Shown here: positions 11,124 to 20,334 of the stretch, one piece after another
Layout of the letters: each line of letters opens with the position of its first letter
Numbering within the stretch: the stretch's first letter is position 1
From: Limisphaerales bacterium
GTDB lineage: Bacteria > Verrucomicrobiota > Verrucomicrobiia > Limisphaerales > JAJOIW01
DNA: 64,000 nucleotides
Assembly: GCA_965657355.1 (NCBI GenBank)
Contig: CBFHOE010000006.1
Location: forward strand, 143,217-207,216
Direction of reading: 5' to 3'
Position numbers and translations under genes: made by a program
Notes under the pieces: model-generated
What the model saw: the letters and a program-made list of their open reading frames with translations, nothing else
What the model was told of the DNA's origin: nothing
Database searches by the model: none

Positions 11124-13040
11124 TCAAATCTCAGCCTTGCGGGAAAAATTTCCAGGGCCCTTTTTCATAGCTATCATAATTAATGATACGTCCGCCGGGG
11201 AAACACCAGATATTCGCGATGCCTGCCCCAAAGTCATAGGTTCAATCTCCATCAATTTTTGACGGGCTTCATTCCTCAAGCCTCCGATCTCATCGTAAGA
11301 AACCCATCCAGGAATCCGTTTCTCTTCCATTGATTTAAATCTCTCTACATCAGCAATTTGACGATCAATATACCCAGCGTATTTTAATTGGATCTCCACC
11401 TGCCTTGTGACATCGCTAGATAAATTAAGGTCCCTGTCTTCGAGGGAATGATAAGTCTTTTCAGGCCTTTTCAATACCTGCGCCAATGAGGTGCCATCGA
11501 CGTATGTTTTTTCTAATCTCTGAATTTCAGAGGCGATTTTTACTGATTTTTCTTTGAATAAGTCAAAATTCCTTTTGGGAAGGATCCCTATTTCATATCC
11601 TAACTTGGAAAGTCTCTGGTCGGCATTGTCCTGCCTGAGTAATAGTCTATATTCCGCGCGAGAAGTAAACATACGATAGGGTTCATTTGTACCTTTAGTC
11701 ACCAAATCATCAATCAAAACCCCTATATAAGCCTGATCGCGGCCCAGAACAATAGCCTCTTTTCCCTGCACTTTACGACCAGCATTGATACCCGCCATTA
11801 AGCCCTGCGCTGCTGCTTCTTCATATCCTGAGGTTCCATTGATCTGACCGGCAAGAAAAAGACCTTCACAAGTCTTTGTTTCAAGCGACGATTTGAGCTG
11901 TGTGGGATGTGAGAAATCGTATTCCACAGCATACGCCGGTCGTAATATTTCAGCGCGCTCACAGCCTTTGATCGTTTGGATCATTTTGATCTGAACCTCA
12001 AAAGGTAAGCTTGTTGAGAATCCATTAACGTAAAATTCATCCGTTTGGATTCCCTCCGGCTCCAAAAATATCTGGTGCCGTGGCTTATCGGCAAAACGAA
12101 CTATCTTGTCTTCGATGGATGGGCAATATCGAGGGCCCACACCTTCAATAATTCCAGAATACATAGGAGACAAGTGAAGATTATCTCGGATAATATCAGC
12201 CGTGTGCTCATTAGTGTAGGTGATATAACAATCCATTTGACCTCGAATCCGATCGAGGATGGATCCTGGAGGGTAAGGGCTTCGGTCCGAATCGCGTTCC
12301 CTTTCATTCACAAAACAATGTTCCACGTGGAACAAATCTTTTCGCCAGTATGTGAAATAAGGTATGGGGTCGTCACCAGGCTGTGCCTCCGTGCTACCTA
12401 AATCCAAAGACTTTAAAAGAAGCCGCGGCGGTGTTCCGGTTTTGAGTCGACCCAATTTCAGTCCAGCTTTTTTTAAGCTAGCTGAAAGACCCTGAGCCGA
12501 AGATTCCCCAGCTCGCCCACCAGATTCCTTGTTCAAGCCAGTGTGCATCAAGCCGCGCAAAAAAGTACCTGTGGTGACAACCACCGTCTTTGCGAAGAAC
12601 TTTACACCTAAACTGATTTCCACTCCCGTGACTTTTTCACCATCGAATAAAAGGGTTTCGGCCTGTCCTTGACGGATGTCGAGATTACTTTGTCTTTCAC
12701 AAACCCATTTCATCCGAAATTGATATGCTTTTTTGTCACATTGAGCCCTCGGAGCCCACACAGATGGACCTTTAGCCGTATTGAGCATGCGAAATTGCAA
12801 ACCTGTCATATCGGTTGCTTTTCCCATTTCACCTCCAAGTGCATCTATTTCCCGGGCTAGATGACCTTTGGCTAAACCACCAATCGCTGGATTGCATGAC
12901 ATCTGACCAATTGTGTCGCAATTCGTGGTTAGCATCAGAGTTTCACAACCCATGCGGGCCGAGGCTAAGGCCGCCTCTATCCCGGCGTGCCCAGCACCTA
13001 GAACGATGACATCGTAGTGTTTTGGAAAAGTAAAAGACAT
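11124..13040 (-). CDS. mnmG: tRNA uridine-34 modification enzyme MnmG (GidA)
   Basis: [50 protein letters not shown]. Confidence 0.98.
   Translation of the reverse strand: MSFTFPKHYDVIVLGAGHAGIEAALASARMGCETLMLTTNCDTIGQMSCNPAIGGLAKGHLAREIDALGGEMGKATDMTGLQFRMLNTAKGPSVWAPRAQCDKKAYQFRMKWVCERQSNLDIRQGQAETLLFDGEKVTGVEISLGVKFFAKTVVVTTGTFLRGLMHTGLNKESGGRAGESSAQGLSASLKKAGLKLGRLKTGTPPRLLLKSLDLGSTEAQPGDDPIPYFTYWRKDLFHVEHCFVNERERDSDRSPYPPGSILDRIRGQMDCYITYTNEHTADIIRDNLHLSPMYSGIIEGVGPRYCPSIEDKIVRFADKPRHQIFLEPEGIQTDEFYVNGFSTSLPFEVQIKMIQTIKGCERAEILRPAYAVEYDFSHPTQLKSSLETKTCEGLFLAGQINGTSGYEEAAAQGLMAGINAGRKVQGKEAIVLGRDQAYIGVLIDDLVTKGTNEPYRMFTSRAEYRLLLRQDNADQRLSKLGYEIGILPKRNFDLFKEKSVKIASEIQRLEKTYVDGTSLAQVLKRPEKTYHSLEDRDLNLSSDVTRQVEIQLKYAGYIDRQIADVERFKSMEEKRIPGWVSYDEIGGLRNEARQKLMEIEPMTLGQASRISGVSPADVSLIMIAMKKGPGNFSRKAEI
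12319..12334. promoter_or_regulatory. parS centromere site (inside mnmG)
   Basis: Perfect palindrome TGTTCCACGTGGAACA matching the chromosomal parS consensus TGTTNCACGTGAAACA. Confidence 0.85.
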
Positions 13041-13073
13041 CTCAGTTGATAGAGGCTAATAATATTTGGGAAA

Positions 13074-14666
13074 CTAAGAGGCGCGCGAACCAAACTGGGC
13101 TTTATCCGGCGAAAGATAAATATCGTTGTGAACAAATTCTTCCCGATTTGAGGACAGATGCAGGCAAACGCGGTAAACCATTTCTTCATCGCCTTGTCGG
13201 TCAAGAATGTCTGCTAATTGTTCCACGTGGAACATTTGCCCAGGATGCTCCTTTAAAGCCTTTTCAACTTCTTTAATGCATGAAATGACAATACCTGCGG
13301 CTTTTTTACCTGCCTCTACTCCGGGCTGATGATAAGCATTAATATTCACCATACTGGCGTAAATACCGACAACTCTTTCATAAAGCGCAATTAAAAATCC
13401 CAAATAGTGAGCGTTGAGGCAGGGGAGGGTGAGTGTTATGGATTGACGCTCCTTCTCTATCAGCGCGCTGCGGGTTCCCTGGAGAAAGCCAGCAAGATAG
13501 TCGCCAGAGGTAATGTTATCTTCCACAGGGACGGGAGTCCCGTTTTGCGCTTTCAATATTTCTATGAAAGTAACAAAGAAATTATGAACACCGTCACGTA
13601 GTTGTTGGACGTAAGCATGTTGGTCTGTCGAACCCTTGTTTCCATAAACCGTTATTCCCTGCTCGACAACTTTTCCATCGAGGTCCAGCTCCTTTCCAAG
13701 TGATTCCATGACAAGCTGTTGCAAATATTTTGAGAATAATTCGAGTCGATCTTTATAGGGGAGTACAACCATTGCTTTCTCCCCACGGCCATTTCCAGCA
13801 CTATACCATGCTGCTGCTAATAAAGCGGCGGGATTTGAGTTAAAATCAGGGTTTCGGGTCAATTTATCACACTTTTTGGCGCCACTAAGGAACTCGTTTA
13901 TGTCGAATCCTTGCAATGCAGCGGGCAGCAATCCAACAGCTGACATCACACTCGTGCGCCCACCAACCCAATCCCACATGGGAAAAGTTGTTATCCAGGC
14001 TTTCTCGGTGGCGTATTTAAATAATTGACTCCCTTCGCTAGTGACTGCAACTGCATGCTTTGAGAAATCAAGACCGGCATCCTCGTAAGCCCTTTGGGCG
14101 ACGAGCATCCCGTTCCTTGTTTCTTTAGTTCCACCACTTTTGGAAATGACAATAACGAGGGTTTGGCATAGATGATCTTTGCCGATGCGTTCCAGCGTCG
14201 CATTCAATCCATCAGGATCCGTATTATCGAAGAAAAAAGGCTTGAGACCTTTCACACTCACGTCGGATAAAGCTTTATCGACAAGTTGGGGTCCTAATGC
14301 AGAGCCACCGATACCAATTAGCAGAAAATGAGTGAAGGGCCCACTTTCGCCTTTTAAATGACCTGATATGACCTTTTGTGAGAAGGAATTGATTTGATCA
14401 ATTGTACTAACAATTTGGTTTTGAACATCATTGGTTGGAGCTAATTCTGGACTCCTCAACCAATAATGCCCAACCATCCTATTTTCGTCTGGATTTGCAA
14501 TTTCTCCTTTCTCTACCTTGTTAATATCGTCGTAAGCTTTTTCCCACAGCTCCTTTATTTTATCCAAATAATCTGGATTTAACTGACAATGACTTAGGTC
14601 AAGACTGACATTCGCTCCAGAAAATCCATAGTAATTTTTTACAAATTCTTTCCAATTAGCTTTCAT
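13074..14666 (-). CDS. pgi: Glucose-6-phosphate isomerase (cyanobacterial/plastid-like type with C-terminal extension)
   Basis: IGIGGSALG, ISKSGGTKET, DWVGGRTS, QLVMESLGK, QPGVEAGK. Confidence 0.97.
   Translation of the reverse strand: MKANWKEFVKNYYGFSGANVSLDLSHCQLNPDYLDKIKELWEKAYDDINKVEKGEIANPDENRMVGHYWLRSPELAPTNDVQNQIVSTIDQINSFSQKVISGHLKGESGPFTHFLLIGIGGSALGPQLVDKALSDVSVKGLKPFFFDNTDPDGLNATLERIGKDHLCQTLVIVISKSGGTKETRNGMLVAQRAYEDAGLDFSKHAVAVTSEGSQLFKYATEKAWITTFPMWDWVGGRTSVMSAVGLLPAALQGFDINEFLSGAKKCDKLTRNPDFNSNPAALLAAAWYSAGNGRGEKAMVVLPYKDRLELFSKYLQQLVMESLGKELDLDGKVVEQGITVYGNKGSTDQHAYVQQLRDGVHNFFVTFIEILKAQNGTPVPVEDNITSGDYLAGFLQGTRSALIEKERQSITLTLPCLNAHYLGFLIALYERVVGIYASMVNINAYHQPGVEAGKKAAGIVISCIKEVEKALKEHPGQMFHVEQLADILDRQGDEEMVYRVCLHLSSNREEFVHNDIYLSPDKAQFGSRAS
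13219..13234. promoter_or_regulatory. parS centromere site (inside pgi)
   Basis: Second identical TGTTCCACGTGGAACA, 900 bp from the first. Confidence 0.85.
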
Positions 14667-14690
14667 TTTTATTGCACACTAAATTTTAAT

Positions 14691-14853
14691 TGAGACGGTT
14701 TGCCTTTCACCAAGGACAAGACTTTTATGGGACTCCACTTGGGCACAGGTCCCGTGCTGTAACCGGTTGCGATAAGCGACCATTTTTGCATAAACCACAC
14801 TCTGCAGAGATTGGTCCTAAAGACCATGGATACAACAGGGAAGACGGTTTCTT
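14691..14853. ncRNA. Candidate structured ncRNA, possibly 6S-like
   Basis: GC-richer island whose ends pair (GAGACGGUUUGCC with GGAAGACGGUUUC; CCAAGG/CCAUGG; GGAC/GUCC), plus internal hairpins. Confidence 0.3.
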
Positions 14854-14993
14854 GAATGTCCCCGCGATCAAAATATTTTAAATACTTCCTTAAGTCTGAC
14901 TAAAAGACAAATTTAAGATTATATATTAGAATCAGTCACCGTTCTCGACAACTCAATTACAAATAGAGCGGTATTTTTGTAATTTAGCTGCAA

Positions 14994-15884
14994 ATGACAG
15001 ATAAAATTTTCTTATGCTTTGGTGAAATACTTTGGGATTGTCTTCCAAAAGGACTTTTTCTGGGAGGCGCACCACTTAACGTCGCTTTCCACATAAACCA
15101 GTTTAAAGGATATACAGGATTGCCAATAAGCTCAGTTGGACAGGATTTCTTGGGGAAAGAAGTCATGAGGAGAATGAACGCCTTATCATTACCGACAAAC
15201 GGTGTGCATATACACCCTTATAAGCAAACGGGGGCCGTTTTGGTTGATTTAAATTCTTCAGGTTCAGCTGGATATCAGTTTGTTGATGATTGTGCCTGGG
15301 ACGAGATCAAGACATCAAAGAATCTTTTACCAAATTCAAAAGATGTTGCTGGGTTGATCATAGGGACACTCGCCTTCCGGTCTCAGCACAACATTAATTA
15401 TTTCAAAGATCTGGTGAATTCATATTCAAAGATACCTCTTTATTTGGATATTAATTTTCGTCAACCGTTTGTGAACTTAGAATTGACTATGGAACTTTGC
15501 AAAAAAGCAACTTTGATTAAATTAAATCATGAAGAACTTGCACAAATTATGGGCCAAAGTTTAACCAAAGATTCTGATATCGTAGCTAAATGGGCTGCTG
15601 ATTTATCTGAAATTTGTGGAAACCAAGACATAGTCGTGACGGCTGGCCACCTTGGCGCCGGAGTTTATGAACAGTCAATATCAAGGTGGCACTTTGAAAA
15701 ATCAAAAAAGACTCAAGTTGTTGACACTGTTGGGGCAGGGGACAGTTTTCTAGCTACCCTTCTGGTATTTAAAGACTTAGGGTTTTCATATGAGGAGTGC
15801 CTGATTAAAGCGTGTCGGATAGGTGAGTATGTAGCGACACAAGATGGAGCGACTCCAAGCCTCCCTGAGAAGCTGTCCACATAA
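14994..15884 (+). CDS. PfkB family carbohydrate kinase (fructokinase-like)
   Basis: GEILWD, GGAPLNVA, DINFR, KLNHEE, DTVGAGDSF. Confidence 0.92.
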   Translation: MTDKIFLCFGEILWDCLPKGLFLGGAPLNVAFHINQFKGYTGLPISSVGQDFLGKEVMRRMNALSLPTNGVHIHPYKQTGAVLVDLNSSGSAGYQFVDDCAWDEIKTSKNLLPNSKDVAGLIIGTLAFRSQHNINYFKDLVNSYSKIPLYLDINFRQPFVNLELTMELCKKATLIKLNHEELAQIMGQSLTKDSDIVAKWAADLSEICGNQDIVVTAGHLGAGVYEQSISRWHFEKSKKTQVVDTVGAGDSFLATLLVFKDLGFSYEECLIKACRIGEYVATQDGATPSLPEKLST

Positions 15885-16038
15885 TGGGCACTGGTGTATT
15901 TTATTTATGAAATAGAAAAAAAGGGGTCAAGAGGTATAAAAAACGTACCGTATTTGAAGATGCATTCAATGATGAGTGCAAATGAACAAATAACTTGTTC
16001 GAAGGTATGGGAGTTACCTGAAGAATCGAAACCTCCCG

Positions 16039-16094
16039 GGGCAAGGAAGCCCGAATAAAACTACCCTTAATGGGTGGACTCAATGGAAGGAGTC
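16039..16094 (+). promoter_or_regulatory. Two CsrA-type GGA hairpins in the flagellin leader, the second occluding the RBS
   Basis: GGGC-AAGGAA-GCCC (16039-52) and GACTC-AATGGAAG-GAGTC (16077-94). Confidence 0.65.
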
Positions 16095-16101
16095 TAAAAA
16101 A

Positions 16102-16911
16102 ATGGCAGTAGTAGTAAACACAAACTCAAATGCACTTACAAGTGCGCGTCTTCTAAACGAATCACAGTCAATGCTTTCCAAGTCTTTGGAAAGATTGTCA
16201 TCAGGATCAAAAATAAATAATGCAGCTGACGATGCGGCTGGAGCAGCGGTTTCATTTCGATTCGATGCTCAAGTCAATCGATTGCAAGCAGCGAACTCAA
16301 ATGTTGGCAACTTCACTTCCTTTGCTCAAACACAGGATGGGTTTTTAGGTAAGACAGCCAATGCATTAGATAGAATGTCTGAATTATCTGTTCTAGCTCA
16401 AGATGAGACTAAGACTAATGCTGACAGAGCCCTCTATCAAAAAGAGTTCTCAGAACTAGGTGATTATATCAATGACCTAGCGGAGAAGGACTTCAATGGT
16501 ATTAGTTTGTTTGATGGAACAACTCGTGGTATCACAACCGATGCCGATGCAAACAAGTTCGATGCAACTGGTGTTAACTTGTCCGCATCAACATACACGA
16601 CCGCCACTGGTGGTGACATTAGTACGTCTACATCTGCTAACACAGCATTGTCCAACGTCAAACTTGCGATTACTCAGCTCGCAAATGATCGAGCAACGAT
16701 TGGTGCTAACATGTCAAGACTCGAATCTCACCGCAGTCAGATATCCATATTAAGTGATAATCTATCTGCAGCTAATAGCAGAATTAAGGATGTCGATGTC
16801 GCGCAGGAAAGTACTAACTTTGCGAGGTATAATATTTTGGTCCAGGCTGGAACATCGATGTTGGCTCAGGCGAACCAGCAACCGCAGAGTGCTCTTCGAC
16901 TTCTCGGATAG
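16102..16911 (+). CDS. fliC: Flagellin (minimal, D0/D1 only)
   Basis: VNTN..LERLSSGSKINNAADDAAG N-terminus; SRIKDVDVAQE..MLAQANQQPQSALRLL C-terminus; 269 aa. Confidence 0.97.
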   Translation: MAVVVNTNSNALTSARLLNESQSMLSKSLERLSSGSKINNAADDAAGAAVSFRFDAQVNRLQAANSNVGNFTSFAQTQDGFLGKTANALDRMSELSVLAQDETKTNADRALYQKEFSELGDYINDLAEKDFNGISLFDGTTRGITTDADANKFDATGVNLSASTYTTATGGDISTSTSANTALSNVKLAITQLANDRATIGANMSRLESHRSQISILSDNLSAANSRIKDVDVAQESTNFARYNILVQAGTSMLAQANQQPQSALRLLG

Positions 16912-16932
16912 TAAGAAGTATTGAGTTTTCAC

Positions 16933-16960
16933 GGTCAGGGGTAAAACCCTGGCCTGTTTC
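16933..16960 (+). terminator. Hairpin after flagellin
   Basis: GGTCAGGG-gtaaaa-CCCTGGCC-tgtttc. Confidence 0.55.
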
Positions 16961-16980
16961 AAAACAAAATTACTCTGATT

Positions 16981-17387
16981 GAAATACAGCAATCAACTCA
17001 AGCAGTAATTAGTCTTTGAAATCGATAAGTAAACGAGGGTTTTTTAAACCCAATAACTCGTAGTAATAAATTTAATAAGATGTTTGGATTAATTTTTTCA
17101 ACTACCAAGGTAACCAGCATGTGCTTTGAAATGGAAATGAAAGGAAATCCATTTATCGATTTAGTTTTTGGCGATCAATCGCCGATGGTGTGTAGGAATA
17201 GTGGAATGAGTTCTATTTCTTTAGAGGAGGAGAGAAAAGTCGCATCGATGACATGGACATTGCTCATGAGGGTGCTAATTTTTCTCAGATGAATATTCAA
17301 GCTAGGGTAGGCATCTATCCATTGGCTCTGGTGGGTGCCCGTTATATCGGCACATACCAATTAAGGAATAACTTTTGGGAAAATTAG
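16981..17387 (+). pseudogene. Decayed second flagellin (paralog remnant)
   Basis: 17238-17387 reads SRIDDMDIAHEGANFSQMNIQARVGIYPLA, aligning without gaps to SRIKDVDVAQESTNFARYNILVQAGTSMLA; upstream stop-riddled pieces KSIYRFSFWRSIADGV* and EIQQSTQAVISL*NR*VNEGFL. Confidence 0.7.
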
Positions 17388-17958
17388 TTTTGCAAAAAAT
17401 TGGAACGGGGAAATGATTCCTAGTTCCATTTTTCATTTAGGGACTTTGTTTGTTTATGATGACGTGCCTCTTTGTCGCTTTGGGGTTTTCAGTCAAAAAA
17501 TCATTATAAATTATTCTTGCTTAAAGGTTTGTGATTATACATTCTGAGATGTGGCTATGGGAAGCTGTTTTCCCCGGCAAATAAAATATAAAGTTGTGTC
17601 GAAGTGAGGTAATACTGAGTCTATCAGATACCTTTCCATGTAGTACTAGTTATAAAGATTACTTTTATAACAAAATCGAAGGGAATAAATATAGTTTGAG
17701 TGGGAATTTTCTTTCTGACACACACCGATGATTTCACCCTCGCAGCAGAGAAAGCGATGGGATAAAAGTAAGAATTCGTTCTTCAGCCTGAGAGACCATA
17801 ATTCTTCAATGTGAAATAATTTAAAGGTTCACTGAAGTATTCTTGAAATGAAGTGGTTGCGGGGGTTATTTCCTCTAAAGCATGAAATTATTCAGCGCTT
17901 ATACAACTTCAAATACTCTCCTCATCGGCTTTTTTTAGAGTTTAATTTGTGATCCTTT

Positions 17959-17996
17959 CAGGCTGAGAAGCAAAGAATTCTCAGCCTGTTTTTTTT
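17959..17996 (+). terminator. Strong hairpin with T-run
   Basis: CAGGCTGAGAA-gcaaagaa-TTCTCAGCCTG-TTTTTTTT. Confidence 0.65.
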
Positions 17997-18927
17997 ATCG
18001 CGGCAAAGGAGGCATTGGCGGAGCAGGGGACCAAGCTCGAGATGAACTTTGCTTCTCTACTGGAAATGGGGGATAAATTTGAGCTTGCTGATTTATATTA
18101 CTTCCAGGAGGAACGGGGACGGGGCGTATTCTGGGGTACTTTGAAGCGATTTCTCTCCATATGCTTCTTTCAGATGGTTTCTTTTGGCTCCATTCGGCCA
18201 GTCCATCGACAAATTGTGTTTTGAGATTATTGGGAAACGACAAATAGCACACAAAAGCATGGGCGCAGTTCCGTTTTTCTTCCTCCTCCAGCCCTTGAAA
18301 AGCCCCCAACAATTTTTCCATCTCGATAGAAGGTTTAATCTGGTAGGCCTTCATAAAAGATAATTGTTTGTTGTGCGGGAGTTGGAGAAAATTATATAGA
18401 TTATCCCATTCTGGTGCAGGTTTCGGCATCAATTTCTCAAGATCATAAAGGCGTGATGAAATACTTATCAAATAAGATACAGCTTCCTTTTTCGCCAATA
18501 AAAGGTCTCTATGAGCAGGTTTTATCCGATTCCAAAATCCGACACTTTGATCAATGTACTTTCTTAGGTGGGGTGGTACTTCTTGAACAGCTGAGGGATC
18601 AATGTTCCTATTACCCACCAACAACGGATCAAGGTAAAAATGTAACTCGGTTGCAATAAGTCGAAATTCCCGTTGGGATTCGGAAAGAGCCTCATACTCC
18701 ATGATTTTGCGCTCAAGAATCCGTTGCACATTTGCCGGTTGTTTCTTTACGAATTGACTTCTTTCTTCAGGAGACCAATTCAGTATTGTTCTGAATTTTG
18801 AAATGGGCGAATGAGAACTATCCAATTCATTTATTCCCATTAAGGAAAAACCAATGCAGAAGATACCCACCGTGATAGCTGACGATAATATTACGTTCCA
18901 GCGATTGAGTTTTTCGATCTGTTTCAT
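17995..18927 (-). CDS. DUF3106-like membrane-anchored helical protein with a Pro-rich tail
   Basis: N-terminal TM, WSPEERSQF/LSESQRE helical repeats; third gene of an ECF operon, a typical Verrucomicrobia arrangement. Confidence 0.6.
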   Translation of the reverse strand: MKQIEKLNRWNVILSSAITVGIFCIGFSLMGINELDSSHSPISKFRTILNWSPEERSQFVKKQPANVQRILERKIMEYEALSESQREFRLIATELHFYLDPLLVGNRNIDPSAVQEVPPHLRKYIDQSVGFWNRIKPAHRDLLLAKKEAVSYLISISSRLYDLEKLMPKPAPEWDNLYNFLQLPHNKQLSFMKAYQIKPSIEMEKLLGAFQGLEEEEKRNCAHAFVCYLSFPNNLKTQFVDGLAEWSQKKPSERSIWREIASKYPRIRPVPVPPGSNINQQAQIYPPFPVEKQSSSRAWSPAPPMPPLPR

Positions 18928-18961
18928 CTTTAAAGTTAGGATTTCTGTTGGTGTTTATTAA

Positions 18962-19510
18962 TTATCTGATTTCCTTCATTGCCAAGAGAAGTTCTTTATC
19001 GATCATTTTTTCGACTTCAATCGAATAAACAATGGCAGGAAAATCCTGGAGAGTATCAGTGGCCAACATGTCAGCTGACAATTTTTCCGTGAGCTCAGGT
19101 ATAACAGAGACGTCTCGGATTACTTGCGCATCCAAGGGGCGAGAGTCATGCTCGTTGATCCATTGGAAAGTAACGAAAACAATTAGCAAGCTGGCGAAAG
19201 ATAAACTATACGGGTGACGACAATACCGAAAAAAGAGATTTAAAATTGAAGATTCGTTCAATAATGATTTTTTTGAGGACGAACACTTATTGGTCTCATG
19301 AATTTTTTGCATCACAGCATCGGCAAGATTATCCGAGGGACTGGAAATGGTCGCTCTGTGAACCAAAGCATTTAACGCCATTTCTTCCTGCCAAACCTCT
19401 TCGAGATGTGGATGATTCAGAAATAACTTTTTCAGCAGGGCCGTCTCATTTTCAGTTAGAGAACGAACTTGAGCAGTCTCTACTAAATTTTGAAATAATT
19501 CGGGAGCCAT
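18962..19510 (-). CDS. Putative single-TM anti-sigma factor
   Basis: Directly downstream of the ECF sigma; helical N-domain, SPSDNLADAVM motif, one TM. Confidence 0.65.
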   Translation of the reverse strand: MAPELFQNLVETAQVRSLTENETALLKKLFLNHPHLEEVWQEEMALNALVHRATISSPSDNLADAVMQKIHETNKCSSSKKSLLNESSILNLFFRYCRHPYSLSFASLLIVFVTFQWINEHDSRPLDAQVIRDVSVIPELTEKLSADMLATDTLQDFPAIVYSIEVEKMIDKELLLAMKEIR

Positions 19511-19532
19511 AGGAGAATTTAGAGGTTGTTCT

Positions 19533-20156
19533 TTATTTGTTTTTTATAGCCAGGGAAGGGGACCAGCTACCCTCGCTTAAATAGGGTTTTATTCGTACTT
19601 TCAAATGTTCACGCGCCCGAAAAATCAGTGACTTAGTAGCGCCAACAGAACATCCCAGCACTTTAGATATTTCTTCATAAGTAAGACGCTCTTGCTGAAA
19701 GAGTAAAAGAGCGGTTCTTTGCTTTTCTGGCACTTCAAAAAGTAATTTATTCAAAATGTCGACGAGCTCGTCTTGAAGGACTATTTGTTTTGCATTCTCT
19801 GTTTTTGGGTCGCTGATTTGATACGACCCATTTTCTGTTTCATTGGATAATTGCTCTAAGGAGAACGCCTGTTTTCTTTGACGGCGACGAATTTCATTGA
19901 GGCAAGTATTTCGGGCAATAGTAAAGATCCAAGCCTTGAATGATCCCGATGTGCGAAATTTGTCCAAATTCTTGTAGACTTGTAAAAAAACGACTTGAGT
20001 CAGGTCTTCTGCCTCAAAGGCATCGATCACCATTCTCATTGATAATTGATAAATGGACTGCTGATACCTTTCGATTATAAGGCGAAAGGCCGTATCGTCA
20101 CCCTGTTTCACTCTTTGGATGATCTCCGAATCTGATGGTTCAGTCGGCAAGTCCAT
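19533..20156 (-). CDS. ECF sigma-70 factor (SigW/SigE-like)
   Basis: AEDLTQVVF, FKAWIFTIARN, region 4 LTYEEIS..VGATKSLIFRAR. Confidence 0.95.
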   Translation of the reverse strand: MDLPTEPSDSEIIQRVKQGDDTAFRLIIERYQQSIYQLSMRMVIDAFEAEDLTQVVFLQVYKNLDKFRTSGSFKAWIFTIARNTCLNEIRRRQRKQAFSLEQLSNETENGSYQISDPKTENAKQIVLQDELVDILNKLLFEVPEKQRTALLLFQQERLTYEEISKVLGCSVGATKSLIFRAREHLKVRIKPYLSEGSWSPSLAIKNK

Positions 20157-20334
20157 GATCTATGATACACCTCATTTATTAGAAAGTTTCGAACAGATTA
20201 CACGGAAACAGATCATTTTTCACCACTGGAATTGTTGGTTTTCCAATCCATTTTCACTGTTAAATGCATTGTTAATGCTTCATTGTATGGTGGAGTCTTG
20301 AATATTTCAGGATAACAACACTTCAATATTATAA

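Noticed and set aside
14669..14881. Short ORFs on both strands upstream of pgi
   Set aside because: No motif, no clear RBS and non-protein-like composition; a structured RNA is the better explanation.
17080..17360. Track ORFs 17080-17292 (+) and 17175-17360 (-)
   Set aside because: They are alternative frames over the flagellin fossil, which lies mainly in another plus frame.
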